NCBI RefSeq assembly: GCF_009914755.1
Contig: NC_060928.1
DNA length: 64,000 bases
DNA from: the human T2T-CHM13v2.0 reference genome, Homo sapiens
Direction: 5' to 3' (one strand)
A model generated the notes under the pieces. The model made no database searches and had not been told where the DNA came from. It saw only the letters and a program-made list of their open reading frames with translations. This document shows positions 38,556 through 52,400 of this stretch, piece by piece. A program made the translations under genes and the position numbers. Each line of letters starts with the position of its first letter. The first letter of the stretch is position 1.

Positions 38556-39439
38556 TCTTAATAAGCCTAAATACAACAAATGTGATTACAGTTTTTAGTT
38601 ATAAGTCAACTATAAGATTAAAACAATTTAACATACAATAAATGGTTCTTGGGCTATACCTTTTGTGTATTACCTACAATGCCTAACTAATCCCCCTGCC
38701 AAATAATGTAAACTAGAATTTTACAGTTGCTAAGATTCAGAGAATCTTAGCAATAACTGTGCTTTTAAAAGCCATGTAAAATAAGGGAATAAAGTTAAAA
38801 GAAAAAATTCAGAGCCAAGTAATTATTCCAGTCAATTAATTTGTATATATCAAATGCATGAATTATCTGCTAATGAAATTCTCTTCATTACACCCACCAT
38901 TAGAATTTTCTTTAATCTTAAAGGGCACTAGTCCAATACTCTTTTCTATCTGCATTCTTTTACACAATCTCCCCATGTCATGCCTAGAAGGTCACTAAGT
39001 TAATTGGCTGTTGAGTACTTAAAGTAGTTAATTCCATCTTATAAGTTATCTGATTTTCAATTTAAAAGTTCTTTAGTCAAGGTTACAAGATTAGCATAAC
39101 CTCAAATCAAGAACATGTTTCTGGGCACGGCACTGCTTCACTAGTCAGTAGCTCAACGAACCTATCAATATTGGTGTAATTGCATGAGGCACCAGCTTCA
39201 TTTACCCAAACTGAAGAGTACATCATATGCTTTTCCTCATGAATTTTATGTTGTTTGTAAAAATTTCCAAGGGACTATGTCTAGGGAGTGAATAATAAAA
39301 AGTGGTGAATAAGTATATAATTATAACAGGTTTGATTTGCTTTTTAATGCTTAATTTACATTAGTAAATATTCATGTTAAGTAAGTAATATCTGCTTTGT
39401 TAATGAAGTGAGCATCTCCATTTTTACCTGATAAATACG

Positions 39440-39600
39440 ATTTGTTAACACGTTTAATTCTCACTCAAATGTGTGAAACTTGTTTTGTTTTACCCTCATT
39501 GTACAGATTAGGGGTCCAACATTATTAACTTGCCCAAGATTCTGTGTATTATAACAGGAATCAAATATTTCTGACTTAGGTATCCTTAATCTTTCTTTCA
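39440..39600 (-). mobile_element. MIR remnant
   Basis: ccctcattgtacagattagggg...ttaacttgcccaagatt core motif. Confidence 0.55.
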
Positions 39601-42069
39601 CACTGGTTGCAAACTCATACAAGCAGTCAGATAAGGGTAAATCAGTGAATCATAAAGTGTGTATAAAAATAGAAGACAAAAATTTGGCAAATCAAGAGTG
39701 TGTGCCCAGTTCATAAGCACAGATAAGCTTAAATTCAGTTAATTATTGCATTGCAGTATTGTGGGTTCAGAATTGCAGGATTTTCCATTTTGAGCCAGAT
39801 CATGGATTTGTAAATACACAACAGCTTTTGTAAATATTGTAGCATATATCTAAAAATGTGTAGGCTGATTATGAACTGCAGTTTTTAAATGTTGCACTAT
39901 ACCATGTTCTCCCCATTGATTTAAATGAGTAGCTGATAATATTGCTCTTCAAGCTGCCAGTTTCAAATGACCATTATCATAATTCATTAAATTGTGTCCT
40001 CTAGAGATTTTTCAGATGAGTGGTTTCCAAACTGAGCCCCACTCAGCTCTGGGCTCCATAGAAGTCGCTAATGAGTCTCTGCTGTAGGGAATGAAAGGAA
40101 TGCTGAGTAGTCAGGGTTGTTGACTTCCCAGTTTTAATTCAACTAGTGTAGCTTTTCTTTGTTTTGGGAAATATTGACTCAAAAATATTCTGCTGATAAA
40201 ATATTTGAAAGTTACTCCTCAACCATGTGATTACCAAAACTGTACAGTTACCAAGAAAGGTTTAACTGAAAGTGAAATAAAAATCAGTAAAGGCATTGGT
40301 GACTTTCAAAGTATTATTGTCTACTCTAAAAATTGTCATATGGACCCAAAAATTTTAATAAGAAGCCTGTAGACATATTTTTACCTACTTTTCCTACAAC
40401 ACAATCCAGTGGGGTCAGAATGTTTCACATGTCGGGGCTGCTTGATCCTACTTTATTTGTTTGAATTACCCTCCCTGTGAGGCAAGAGTGGAAATTTCCC
40501 AGGAAGAATATCCTGTTCATTGGTGTATGGCTTCTAGTCAGGGTTGCTCCAGAGTAGAATGTCTGGTCATGTGATAAGGCTTATTACTGTCATAATGTTT
40601 ATATGCTTTCCCTAAACAATTTGTGTATTTCTGGTACCCCACCTCATGCCTTACTTTTTAGATTCTCAGAAAAATTGTTTTCTACAAAATGATATGAAGA
40701 TCTCTTCCATGTAGTATTTTCCATGGCTACAGAATGCATATTTTTTCTTAGCATAACAGATTGTAGTTTTCCATTTTGCTTCATTTATACACTTAATAGT
40801 TACCAATAATTTATTTGTAATTTTCTAATTACACAAGAAAATCATTATTCATTTCAATATCTAAATAAATATTGAAGAGTCACATTTTCCATAATTAAGC
40901 TATTCTGTAATTTTGGGGTTGATGTTTAACTAGATGTCACAGTAATGTAATATACAGTCATACAGTCGGGTGAGTAAAACTGAAAGACACTTATTAAGGG
41001 GAACTTAACATTTTGGTCAGAAATGGCCAAAAAAAGAGATTTAAAATGTGGCATCACAAAAAATATTCAAGAATATTTTCAAAAATGGAAACAACAATGG
41101 AAGAGTCTTTCTTTTACTTTCTATTAAAACCATTAGGTAGAATTAGCTGATTTTGCCCATGTTTTCTCTATTCTTTAAAACAAACTAATATTCCTACTTC
41201 ATAGCCACATTGGCCATAAAATAAATCTAACACTATACTTAGGAACTTCTTCCTATCCTGCAAATTCTTTACCTGTTCTGTATTTAACTTAATTGTTTCT
41301 AGCAAGTAGATTTCTTGCTCTTTGGATTTCTGGTTTATACTAACCTTCTTAATTGTTAAACCTCATCTTCTCTTAATGGATTTATCTTATCCAAAAAAGA
41401 GACTAGTCTATTAATACATTTTTGGTAGCACTGCACATTTGCATGTACACCTTCCATTATTAAGAGAAAACTTCGCCTTCATCTAAGCCTTATGGAACTT
41501 AAACCTTCACCCTTTACATTTAATCCATATCCCTTTTGAGTCAGCTTCAATTCTTCAGGTGAAGGTTGAATTTGAATAACTTGCTGAAAATCCACTGTTT
41601 TGCCCCACCTGACAATAGAAAAGTCACAACTTTTTATCTCTTGGACTTGGAAATATGATACATGAAATGAAAATTTGGCTTTCTAAGGATTGTACAATTT
41701 TGAAAGCCAATGATCCAAGTTGAGGTTTAAGTTGGACTTTTTCTTTGTCATCTCCAGACACAGCCTTTATCTAGTCTCTAAAAATAATTAAAAATTACAT
41801 TCTAAAATAGGTGGTCTTTTCCAGCTACTACAAACTATTTTGTTTGGGCTGGTAGCAAGACGAAAAGCCCTACTCAGATAATAGCAGGTCTGTTCAGAGA
41901 GGTTAACATGGACTACCTGACACCCTTTTCTCTCTTCCCTGCTTTATTTTTCCCCATTCCACATACGATCATTTGATATTCTAGGTGATATTTATATACA
42001 TTTAACTCCTCCCCCCAACATGACCACACTTGAATAAAATTCGATGGGAGTAAGGACATTTAGGACATG

Positions 42070-42275
42070 CCTTTTTTGGACTTGCTAGTTTTGACAATCA
42101 TTTGAGCCAATTCCATAAAAGCTCAATAGATAGATAGGAAGAGAGAGAAAGAAAGAGAGATACCTAGATAAATAAGCAGATAGAGATGGAGATGCAGATA
42201 TATAGACATAGATATACACACACATCCTATTTATTCTGTTCAAAAACCCTGACTAATACAGATTTTGGTATTCAG
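42070..42275 (+). mobile_element. MLT2 LTR 3' end plus first bases of ERVL internal sequence
   Basis: tgagccaattccataaaa...catcctatttattctgttc...ccctgactaataca|gattttggta. Confidence 0.7.
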
Positions 42276-42299
42276 ATGCTCTGACTAAATTTTTCTTAT

Positions 42300-44620
42300 C
42301 AACCTACAACGTAGTGACTAACTGTTCCTTATTGTCTTTGGATAAATGCAATTTCAATTATGAGAATTCAGTTTGAACACCATCAGAGCCATTACTAAGA
42401 ACTCCGAAGGCTTCCAATAATGGAAAAACTAATTTGGTCTTATTTTGAACCTAGCTTTGTCCCTTACACCCACCAAAACAAACAAACCACTCATGAAAAC
42501 CCATCTACAAAATTAAAAGCAAGAAAGGCTAGATTCTCTGGAATATACACTGCTTCCTCATTGAGATAAAAGTAAGCAATGCCTATCTCAATGTTTGTGC
42601 CATGAATAATTTGTGATTAAATTACTACCTGCATGTGTTAACTTGGTAAGAGGTACAGGCATTTAGTGACAAGACAAATATCAGTCAAAACACTTCCCCC
42701 TAGTGAAACCATAAATCAAGAATGACTTGAGTCTCTGGTGCTTTCCAACAGCTTCAGGCACAGCATTGAAGTAATTCATGACCTGTTTATCTATGCCTTG
42801 ATGCTGGTGTACTATAATCCATATACCCCAGCCCCCTACTGCCACCCTGTTAACACAAAGACCAAAAATGTTCTCAGGATGACTCTGGGAGATATGAAAA
42901 TCAATGATCCTATAACTAACTAAGCTTGCTATACACAGTAGAGGTCAGTTACATGGTGGAAACCGGAACCCATGAAGCATTGATCGATAATGTGTTGACT
43001 AGACTTATGAAGCTTAGTGCCTCATTTCCTTAACATCTGAACCCAGAAACTGGTAACAGCATAAGCAAAAAAGAAATGCCACATTTATGAAGTGAATATA
43101 TATTTTTCCCCAGAGTTTTGCTCTGTCTCCAGTAGTACCAAAAGAGGACCTTTGAACATGTGTCTTTTCATTAAAGTAGAACGTCAAAAAATATTGAGTT
43201 CATCACGCCTAGACATTTGTAGTTTTTCAGCCATAGCAGACGATAAATCATGTACCTAAAATAAAACAATGCTCGTACCAGCCCCTGGCTAAGATCCAGA
43301 ATGAGTCATTTAAATTATGCAATTATGATTTAATGATTACATGTAGCCATGTAAATGTACTTCAACAATTTACTCACAAGAGATATGCATCCTCTGAGCT
43401 AAATGTAATATATTAAAAATGTTAAGTATGCTTCACTAGATCTTTTGATGGCTCTGCATATGGAATAGTATGTCAATGTCCTGCTATACATGTGTGCCAG
43501 ACATAGATAGGCTCAGAAGTTACTATATCCATTCACATGCTGAGTGACTTATGATATTGTCACAATGGCATTTATAAACAATCTAACACCACTAATGATT
43601 TCTGTTGGCATGTGGTCTCTTTAGAAATCTACGTATCCTCTCTTTGGTTTACCTCAGCAAATTTATCTAGTTTTATTAAAGAATTTTTCTACCCCCCGGA
43701 ACTATTTTATTATAACTAGTCATTCAAGGTTGTATCAAAGTACTGATAAATAGTGTTCAAAACTCTATTGGTAGTTGCCTGTCCATTAGCCATTACTCTA
43801 AGTCCATTTGCTATCTAGAAATGTCAAGTGGACCGTGGGAAAATGTCTACACCATTACAATTGCATTAAAATGAAATTGAAAACTACCAACCGTACATCT
43901 TCTCTGGCAGTCATAATGCTTTACCACAGCAAATCACTGCATTTACTTCTGTCCTTTAGAAACCATTGAAAGTAATGGCAAAAATGGCAATTACTTTTGT
44001 ACCAACTTAATAAATTTACCTTCCACCCTGCTACTTTCCTGCAACAAGTTTGCCATAAAATGGCAATGTTCAATCAGTACCAGGACAGTATTGAGGGAGA
44101 GTAGAACATACAAAAAGCTCAATAGGACACTTGACAATATGTCAAGAGAGTTACCTATTATATGCTAATAGAAATTGAGTTCTCAGAGATAAAATGTGAT
44201 TTCTAAATGCCACCTGGCTTTCCATCTGACACATTCATGCCATCTGCTTCTGATGAAAATTGAAAGATTGCTTGCTAGTGCTGGTCAAATATTATCATGT
44301 CAATCAAATTCACTTTCTCCTATCTTCAATTGCCTTGGAAATACAAATTCTTCCCATCTTCCTTGCCTCCATGCTACTCCTAACTCCCCTAGGCCCTATG
44401 CTGCATTCTATTTTCATGTGTCGAGCTATCATATGGACACAGCAATTTAACCCAGAAGTTTAGTCATAAAAACCTACTGAGGTTGAAACCATTTTTTAAG
44501 GATGCCCACACCTGCCCTCATAACAACTTGTTGGCCATTTTCTATGTAGTTGAGCTAGTTTTAAAATGTTTGGCTCTATCACTCTGTTATTAATTCCACA
44601 CTTAGTCATTTGAATTTCTT
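42300..44620 (-). pseudogene. Highly decayed class I ERV internal remnant (RNase H, integrase, possible env start)
   Basis: Manual minus-strand reading gives frameshifted motifs: KHFKTSST.IENGQQV (~44515-44575, like GFLTSSGTPIKNGQQV), GPL...QMDL (~43790-43835), SSGG.EK.N (~43670-43705, like QSSGxVERxN), and LTD..CH.MP (~42655-42690). Confidence 0.55.
43963..44011. mobile_element. MADE1 (Hsmar1 MITE) half element
   Basis: ccattgaaagtaatggcaaaaatggcaattacttttgtaccaacttaat corresponds to the spacer plus one MADE1 TIR. Confidence 0.85.
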
Positions 44621-47258
44621 TGCACCAGTCCTCACTGGTATCCAAGTTTTAATTTGGAATAATTGTTTCTGACTTTGCTTATCTGTATCTTCTAGTTTTA
44701 GAAGAGTAGGACAGGTCCTTAAATATATATTTTTTCTGTACCTTATTTTGGGGCAACAAGAGAGGGAACATTAAGACTAAGGCATCCATGGACTACAAAA
44801 AAATAAATATATGACACTTAACACTAAGGCCCTGGGAAGCACCCTAGAAGTGGTGCTCTACCTTAGCCATGTGTATAAGTTATAGACAAAGAAAAGATTC
44901 TGTCTTTTGAATCTCTAGGAATGCGATATTTAATGTCCTTATTCTGAATTTTTTTATTAAGTTGTATTTTTAACTTGCATAACTGCCTGTTTTTTTCCAG
45001 CTGGTTACGGAAGTGCTTGAGGGGGAATGGGATTTGGGAAATATGCTAGCAATGCAATTGTCCATGATTGCTTGGGGACTTTTGAAAAAGAGCTTTGATA
45101 AAAGTTTTGATATTGAATGTAATCAATTAGTCTTCTGAGGCAGGTAATGGAAGGGGAATTAGATCCATATATACAGCCCACTTGTACTCTCACATATAGT
45201 GGCTCGACTTGATATTGAAGAGATCAAATTAATTGTAATGTAGACTCAGTAAAGAGCGTTTACATGCTTTGCAGACCCGAGCATTCATGTTTGTACAGAA
45301 ACCATGTGACAATTACAGTCTATCTATAGAATAATTAACATATTTAATGTTATAAGAGAAAGACTTTATTAATCTTTTACTCTCTGTATCTATCTGCCTA
45401 TATTTTCTAGGAATTTCTGAAACAATTGACTGTATATACAAATTTGCAAAATCAGATGAAACTATTTTGCTAATTGCTTAAACCTCCCAGGAATTGAAAG
45501 CAGCCTTATCCTCTCGCATAAGTTTAGGAACAGATTGAATTGAATAGTTCTGAAAGAGTAGCTTTACCTAAATAATTAATGCAGTGTTTTTCAAAGTGTT
45601 TACCTCCAGGTTAGTACCTGCCCTATAAGGGTAGGAATACCTATGTCTTATTCTGTAGATAAATGTTTAGAGCAGAAATCCATTAAGACTAATGAAACCT
45701 GAGGCATTGTTGCAGCATGTTAATTTGCCTGAGCCTATTAATTCTTGTCTGTTTTCAGACCATATTTTACTTAAACAATGGTCTGGGAATTGAGATAAAA
45801 CCATTGCAAAATGCATATAAAATGGAAAATATCATATGTATTTGTATATACATATGTATATGTGTGTACATATATATCTGAGTGTTAATATGTATAAAAT
45901 ACAAATCTTATAAAACCAATTCAAATATGATGTAGACTTATCTGCACACAATTATTTCAAGTTTTTTTATGATTTCAGGAATGAATAGTCTTTCTTCCAG
46001 TCTGTTCAATGTACATTTGTTCTAAATGTAAAATAATGATTTAGCCAATTTCTTCATATGGTAGCAATGCCAATGCCATCTAAAGACAAAGTGTTCTACA
46101 TAAGATCTGAAAATTATCTCTAGCATCCATTTGCATAATAAATATTCAATAGAGAAGTCAACATTTGTCAGATATATTAAGAGCAAGGACTGGCTTGCAC
46201 ATGATGCACTTATTTTAAATTATTTTTCAATGCAGAAAATATTAATCATTTAAGTACTGACAAAGTTTGTTGGATCCAATTTTAGTTACTAAATTTATTT
46301 GAGCATGTATAACTATTTATGAAGATTGATCTTTTATGGCTTGTATTCTTTCTTAGGAACTTTTTTTAAATACAGATAACAAATATTTAAATAAAATGTA
46401 AAATTTATTCTACATTGCAATTACCTTATTGGCTTATTGGATGATTTTATAAATCTGAAATACAATGTAAAATTGTAGACATATTATTTTCCTCTGTATT
46501 GAAACATTTGATATTTAATCACCCTAGGAATTATTTATTTTTTACTTGACAATTATTTCAACTATGCCAAACAATACTAAAATGCTAAAATAGATAAATG
46601 ATAATATTGTCTAGAAGATGACATAATGTTAAAATAAATCATCAATTTTCATTAACCTTAACAATTTAAATTACGTTTTCTTATATTTTACATCAACTTT
46701 CAAGAAGGCATATAAAATTCTGGAGATATTATTTGTAGTGCTAATTTTTTTCAGGTATTGTTATGTACAGGTAAATATCTAAAATTTTTATTTTCTTCCA
46801 TAACAGCAAAGAGAAGAAATTTGAAATAGGAAGACATATTATTGTTATTGGACGAATTAGAAGATAGGATATATAGAGTAGGCTAATCTCTACTGACAAT
46901 GCTGTAATTCATCATATAAGCACAATCTCAAGGTATGAGTATATGATACTATCTCAGTTGAACTTTTTAAAATGAACACTACTTAATATTTCTAACAAAA
47001 GAAAACCCACATTCACTTAGTTATTCAATAGGAAAAACTTCACATTACTTTCAAAATGAATCTGAGTCCATTGTGCTAAAAGGAGGTATGAGGGAATTTA
47101 TCTTTTAGGATAATTAAAATTTATTTGATGATATTTGTAAGTTGACTAAGGCTGAAGGTAGGTTTGTGTACAAAAGTGATTGAAAGTTAAAAAGAAAAAA
47201 TGCCTTTGGATTGGTAATTTAGCTTCTTCAGAGAAACAGAATCAATCAAATATGTACA

Positions 47259-47370
47259 CAGTCATGTGCTGTACAACGTTTCATTTAATGATGGAAAACA
47301 TATTAGATAATGGTCCTGTAATATTATAATGGAGCTGGAAAATTCCTATCACCTAGTAACTTAATAGCCT
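47259..47370 (+). mobile_element. Tigger3/MER7 5' fragment
   Basis: cagtcatgtgctg...ggtcctgtaatattataatggagctggaaaattcctatcacctagt. Confidence 0.8.
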
Positions 47371-47373
47371 TCT

Positions 47374-47849
47374 GGTATAGTTTGGATATATGTCCCCACC
47401 AAATCTCATGTTGAATTGTAATCCCCAATATTGGAGGTGAGGCCTTGTGGGAGATGAATGGATTCTGGAGACAGATTTCTCATGAATGGTTAGCACCATC
47501 CTCTTGGTGCTTTCTTCGTGATTGTGAGTGAGTTCTTATGATATCTGGTTGTTTAAAAGGGTTTAGCACCTCTCACCTTTCTGTCTCTTGCTCCTGCTCC
47601 CACCATGTGAGATGCCTACTACCCCTTTGCCTTCCACCTTCCAACCTTCCAACCTTCCAACCTGAAGGTTGCCTTCCAACCTTCAGGAAGCTTGATGGAA
47701 AGCTTACTGAAGCCCTCACCAGAAGCCAAGCAGACTCCAACGTCATGATTCCTCTACAGCCTACAGAATCATGAGCCAATTAAATCTCTTTTCTTATAAA
47801 TTACCCAGTCTCAGGTATTTCTTTATAGCAATGCAAGTTGACAAACAAA
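47374..47849 (+). mobile_element. MST (MSTA/B-like) solo LTR
   Basis: tggtatagtttggatatatgtccccaccaaatctcatgttgaattg...aaattacccagtctcaggtatttctttatagcaatgcaa. Confidence 0.9.
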
Positions 47850-48132
47850 ATTAGCCATTAGGCAGGGTTTTGTCTTTCTTCCTTTATTCTATAGGTATTT
47901 CTCCAGGTTACACATTTCCTTGTGTAGTATGAGTAGTTATTCTTAATAATCATTTTGCTCTTCTTTTACAACTATATAAATGGATGAAGGATTCACATAT
48001 ATATGAGTAAAATCCATTGTTCATACGGATAGAAAACAATCTTTATGGGGTAGGCAGATTGGTGTCTCCCCAAATATGACAATCTTAGAGCATGTTGATA
48101 TGTGGCTTTAAATGGCAGAAGGGACTTGGCAT

Positions 48133-50948
48133 CCAGTGTGGTTTGAATGTGTCCCTCAAAGTTCATGTGGAAGAAACTTAATCCCCAGTGCAACAGTGTT
48201 GAGAGGGGGGATCCTTTAAGAGATGATTAGGTCAGGAAGGCCTCACCTTCATGAATGGATTTATGCTATTATCACAGTAGAGAGTTAGTTATAGCAGGAG
48301 TAGGTCCCTGGTAAAAGGATGAGTTTGGCTCCATTTCTCTCCCTTGGCTCCGGCTCCCTTGCCCTTCTGCTTTCCAGCATGAGATAACACAGCACAAAGG
48401 CCCCTCAGTCTTGGACTTGCTTGCCTACAAAACTATAAGAAATAAATCTCTGTTCTTTAAAATTACCCAGTCTCAGGTGTCCTATTACAGCTGCACAAAA
48501 CAGACTAAAATAATCAGCACTGAGTTGAGGCGCTGTTGCTATAATAAGTATCTAAAGCTGTAGAAGTGGCTTGGAAACCGGGTAATAGGTAAAGGCTGAA
48601 AAATTTTGGAAGAATTGGTTACAAAATGTTTAGATTGCTGTGAATGCAGAGTTAAGGGCAATTTTAGTGAGTACTCACAAGAAGTCAAGAAATGTGGGGA
48701 AAGTCTGGAACTCCCTAGAAATTACTTACGTGGTTGTGATCAGAAAGTTGGTAGAAATATAAATAATAAAGGCCATTCTGTGAGGCCTGATATGGTTTGG
48801 ATCTCTGTCCCTGCCCAAATCTCATGTCAAATTGTAATTCCCAATGTTGGAGGTGGGGCCTGGTGGGAGGTGATTGGATCATAGAAGCAGATTTCTCATG
48901 AATGGTTTAGTATCATCATCTTGGTGCTGTTATCCTGATAGTGAGTGAGTTCTCATAAGACCTGGTTGTTTAAAAGTGTGTAGCACCTCCCCACTCTCTC
49001 CCTCTCTTGCTCCTACTGTAGCCTCATGATATGTCTGACCCCCTTTTGCCTTCCACCATGATTTTAAGTTTCCTGAGGCCTCCCCAGAAGCTGAACAGAT
49101 ACCAGCATCATGCTTTCTGTACATCCTGCAGAACTATAAGCCAATTAAAGCTCTTCTCTTTATAAATTGCCCGGTCTCAGGTATTTCTTTATGTGAGAAA
49201 GAACCAATACAAGGTTTCAGATAGTAATGAGGAATGAGGTATTGAAAACGAAAGTAAAGACCATCATTGTTATACACTTGCAAATAACATGGTGAAATTA
49301 CCTGTGTCCTAGGACTTTGTGGAAGGCAGAATTTAAAACTGATAAATTAGAATATCTGGTGTGAGAAATTTTTGAGTATAATATTGAAGGAACTGTATAA
49401 CTACTTTTAACTGCATGTGTAACATGCAAGAGGTGAGAAATTGTTTAAAGACAGAATTTATAATTAAAAGGGAAGCAGAGTGGAAAAACTGGAAAAATTC
49501 ATAGTCTGGCCAAGTGAAGATTAAAAAGGTATCTTTAGGAGAGCACAGTAAGGATGTAGCCAATAGACTATTTACAAAAGAGACTAATATAGATAGAAGG
49601 GAAACAGGTACTATTCATCAGGACAATGGAAGGATGATTCCAAAGGCATTTTCAGAGATCTCCCAGGTAAGGTAAAACACTGAGGGCAAGATTTCCAGAG
49701 AAATCTCATGGAACCTCAGCATTCACTGCCCTGCGCTGCCTCAGGTCTCTGCTCCCTGCATTCCAGAGCAGAGCACTTCAACCACCCCAGCCTTGCCTCA
49801 AGCTGGTCCAGGTATGGCTCTTGTGTTGCTCTGGAGGGTGCAATCCATAAACCTTGGTGGTATTCCACCCTTCAGAATGCATGAGCTTTGGAGCCACGGA
49901 AGCCGCCACCTAGATTTCAAAGGATATCGTGGACAGTCTGTGGATCCAGGTAGAGACTGTTTGCAGGGATGGAACCATTACATAGAGCCCCAACTAGGAC
50001 ACTTTCTCCTGAGTTCCTGGGAGAGAGGCCACTTCAGATCGCTCAGAAACATAGGGCCACTAACATGAAATTCCAGCCTGAGAAAGCTGCAGGCATTGGA
50101 CTCCAACTTGTGAGAGCTACTTGGTGGACTAAGCCTGACAAAGCCATAGTGGTAGAGCTTCCAGAGGTTTTGGGGGCCTAATACCACCTCAGTGTGCTGA
50201 GAATGGGTGACATAAAATAAGAGGAAATTACTCTCCAGCATGAAGATTTAATGTTGTTTCCCCTGTTGCGTTTTAAACTTAGTTGGAGCCTACACTCTTT
50301 TTTTTTTTGGCCTATTTTCTGCCTTTAGAATGGCAATGTTTATGCTATGCCTGTCTCGTTGTGGCATTTTGGGAACAGATAATTTGTTTAATTTTACAGG
50401 TTCACAGCTGGAGAGGTATTTGCCTCAGGATGAATCACATCTTGAGTTTCACCCATATCTGATTCAGATAAGACTTTAGACTTTTGGGTTAGTGTTGGGA
50501 TGAGTGAAGACTTTGTGGCTCTTGGGATGGAATGAATGTATTTTGCATGTGAGAAGGGCGTGAATTTTGGGGGTCCTAGGCAAAATGTTATAATTTAATT
50601 GTGTCCCCCAAAGTTCATGTGTTGAGAATTTATCTCCAATGATAACAGTATCAAGAGATGGAACTTTAAGAGGTGATTATGAGAGCTCTGGACTACGCTG
50701 TTATCACAAGTGCAAGTTAGTTATTGCAGTAGTGGGTTCCCGATAAAAAGACAAGTTCAGCCCCCTTTCACTCCCTCACACTTCTGCTTTCTGCCATTGG
50801 ATGATGCTATACAAAGACCTTCACCAGATGTGAAGCTCTTGGCTTTGGACTTCTTAGCCTTCAAATCTGTAAGAAATACATTTCTGTTCTTCATAAAGTA
50901 CCCAGTTTTAGATATTTTGTTATAGCAACAAACAATGGATAAAGACAG
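48133..50948 (+). mobile_element. MST (MSTB/C-like) LTR-internal-LTR element
   Basis: Homologous LTRs at ~48133-48510 and ~50586-50948 (tgtgtccc.caaagttcatgtg) flank MaLR internal sequence. Confidence 0.85.
48788..49211 (+). mobile_element. MSTA-like solo LTR nested in MST internal sequence
   Basis: tgatatggtttggatctctgtccc...ccaataca; degenerate 5-bp TSD aggcc/aggtt. Confidence 0.9.
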
Positions 50949-52159
50949 CCAATGTGATTAAGGTTAAGGATCTTAAGATGAAGATTATCCTTAATCATCT
51001 GTGTGGGCTTAATGCAATCATAAAATTGTATTCAAATGTAGATGTGACTACAAAAGAGAAGCACAAAGAAATGGAACTTTTGGCTTTCAAAGTGGAGAAA
51101 GGGAATCATGAGACAAGGACTGTGGTTGGGCTCTAGAAAATGGAAAAGACAAGGAAACAGGTTTGCCCCACAGCCAGCAGAAAGAAGGAAAGCACTGCCA
51201 ACACACTGATTTTAGCCAAGTGAGTGAGTTGGTGTAAGCCGTTATATTTATGGTCATTTGTTATGCAGCAATAAAAAACAAATCTAGTATATGAAGGTAA
51301 TTTCCACAAATCATATAACTTCATGTTCTGTAGTAAATGAGACTTTACTGGCATGAGAAGGGAAGGCATATCCAGGGTAAAACAAGTGGAAGAAAATAAT
51401 AACACAATTCTTGTTCCTTAACAATAACCCACCACAGTTTAATGTCTGATTTAATGATTCCTTAAACAATATTTCTAATGTGCATTACATATGGTCCATT
51501 CATTGTCTTACACAATTCTGCATGCTTTTCAGATAGTTTTCCCAAACGCAGCTGTTGTCCTTTAAATTCTTCTAAGCACAGTCTTTTAGTGAAGTCCTCG
51601 TAAGTTCTACCAGGAAACAAATTGGTAACATTTTATGTTTATATACATTTTGTAAATGTATGTTGTTTAAATAATGTGGGCATAATTCATCATTAATTAA
51701 TGTTAGAACGTGAAATTTCTTTGGTACTCATATCCAAGCTGTTCCTCCAAAGATACATCTACCTGATTATTTCAAGTATTTAAAGCTTGAGGAGAATCAA
51801 TAATGAGTTGTGCAATGAAAAGTACACAACAAATTCTTCAATAAGAATCTGCAATCACTTTGAAGATAAATAACTGAGGAAAGTGTCTTGATAAACAGAT
51901 TGCATGTAAATGTAGTTCTTTATGGAAAAAAGTGAGAAAAATAATTATATTTGTCAAGATCTTCACTTGTGTGTTTTAAGAAGAAGATTCTTTGTTCATT
52001 TGTTCATTGAACAAACGTATTTTAAATACCTAAGTGTTTAATGCACACTCATCTGCTCAGGGATGCAGGAGGATGTAGACAAACCTAGTTCTGACCTAGT
52101 GGAGCTTCATTAGCAGACATTTAATTATGCTTTCTACTTGTATTAACCTTCTGTATACG

Positions 52160-52400
52160 GTAAACGTAGTTTCAAAATTTTAAGATTTGAAACTTGATTC
52201 CATAGATCCAAAGCTACGCTTTTTTACTTGCAACCTTGGACAATTATTTTCCCTATGTAAACATTAGTTCTTTCACTTAAAAGAATAGTAATTCTAACAG
52301 TAGTTATGTGAGAAGGATAAAAGGGATTCAGAGGTCACAGAGCTTGTAAAGTGCGTAGCACAGACCTGGCAAAAACATGCAGAAACATGAAGTGAATGTA
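52160..52400 (+). mobile_element. MIR remnant
   Basis: caaccttggacaattatttt...cattagttctttcacttaaaag...gtaaagtgcgtagcacagacctggca. Confidence 0.6.

Larger units (their letters stand above)
48045..51287 (+). mobile_element. MLT1 (C/D-like) LTR split by an MST element (pieces ~48045-48132 and ~50951-51287)
   Basis: aatggcagaagggacttggca continues after the insert as atgtgattaaggttaaggatcttaagatg...ggtcatttgttatgcagcaat. Confidence 0.75.

Noticed and set aside
39600-40215. Possible hAT-Charlie MITE remnants (cactggttgcaaactc..., agtggtttccaaact...)
   Set aside because: Terminal-like motifs only; I could not assign family or boundaries by eye.
47630-47700. Possible CRISPR-like or minisatellite array
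   Set aside because: Only a few 7-bp units with no spacers, in a eukaryotic LTR; explained as a templated insertion.
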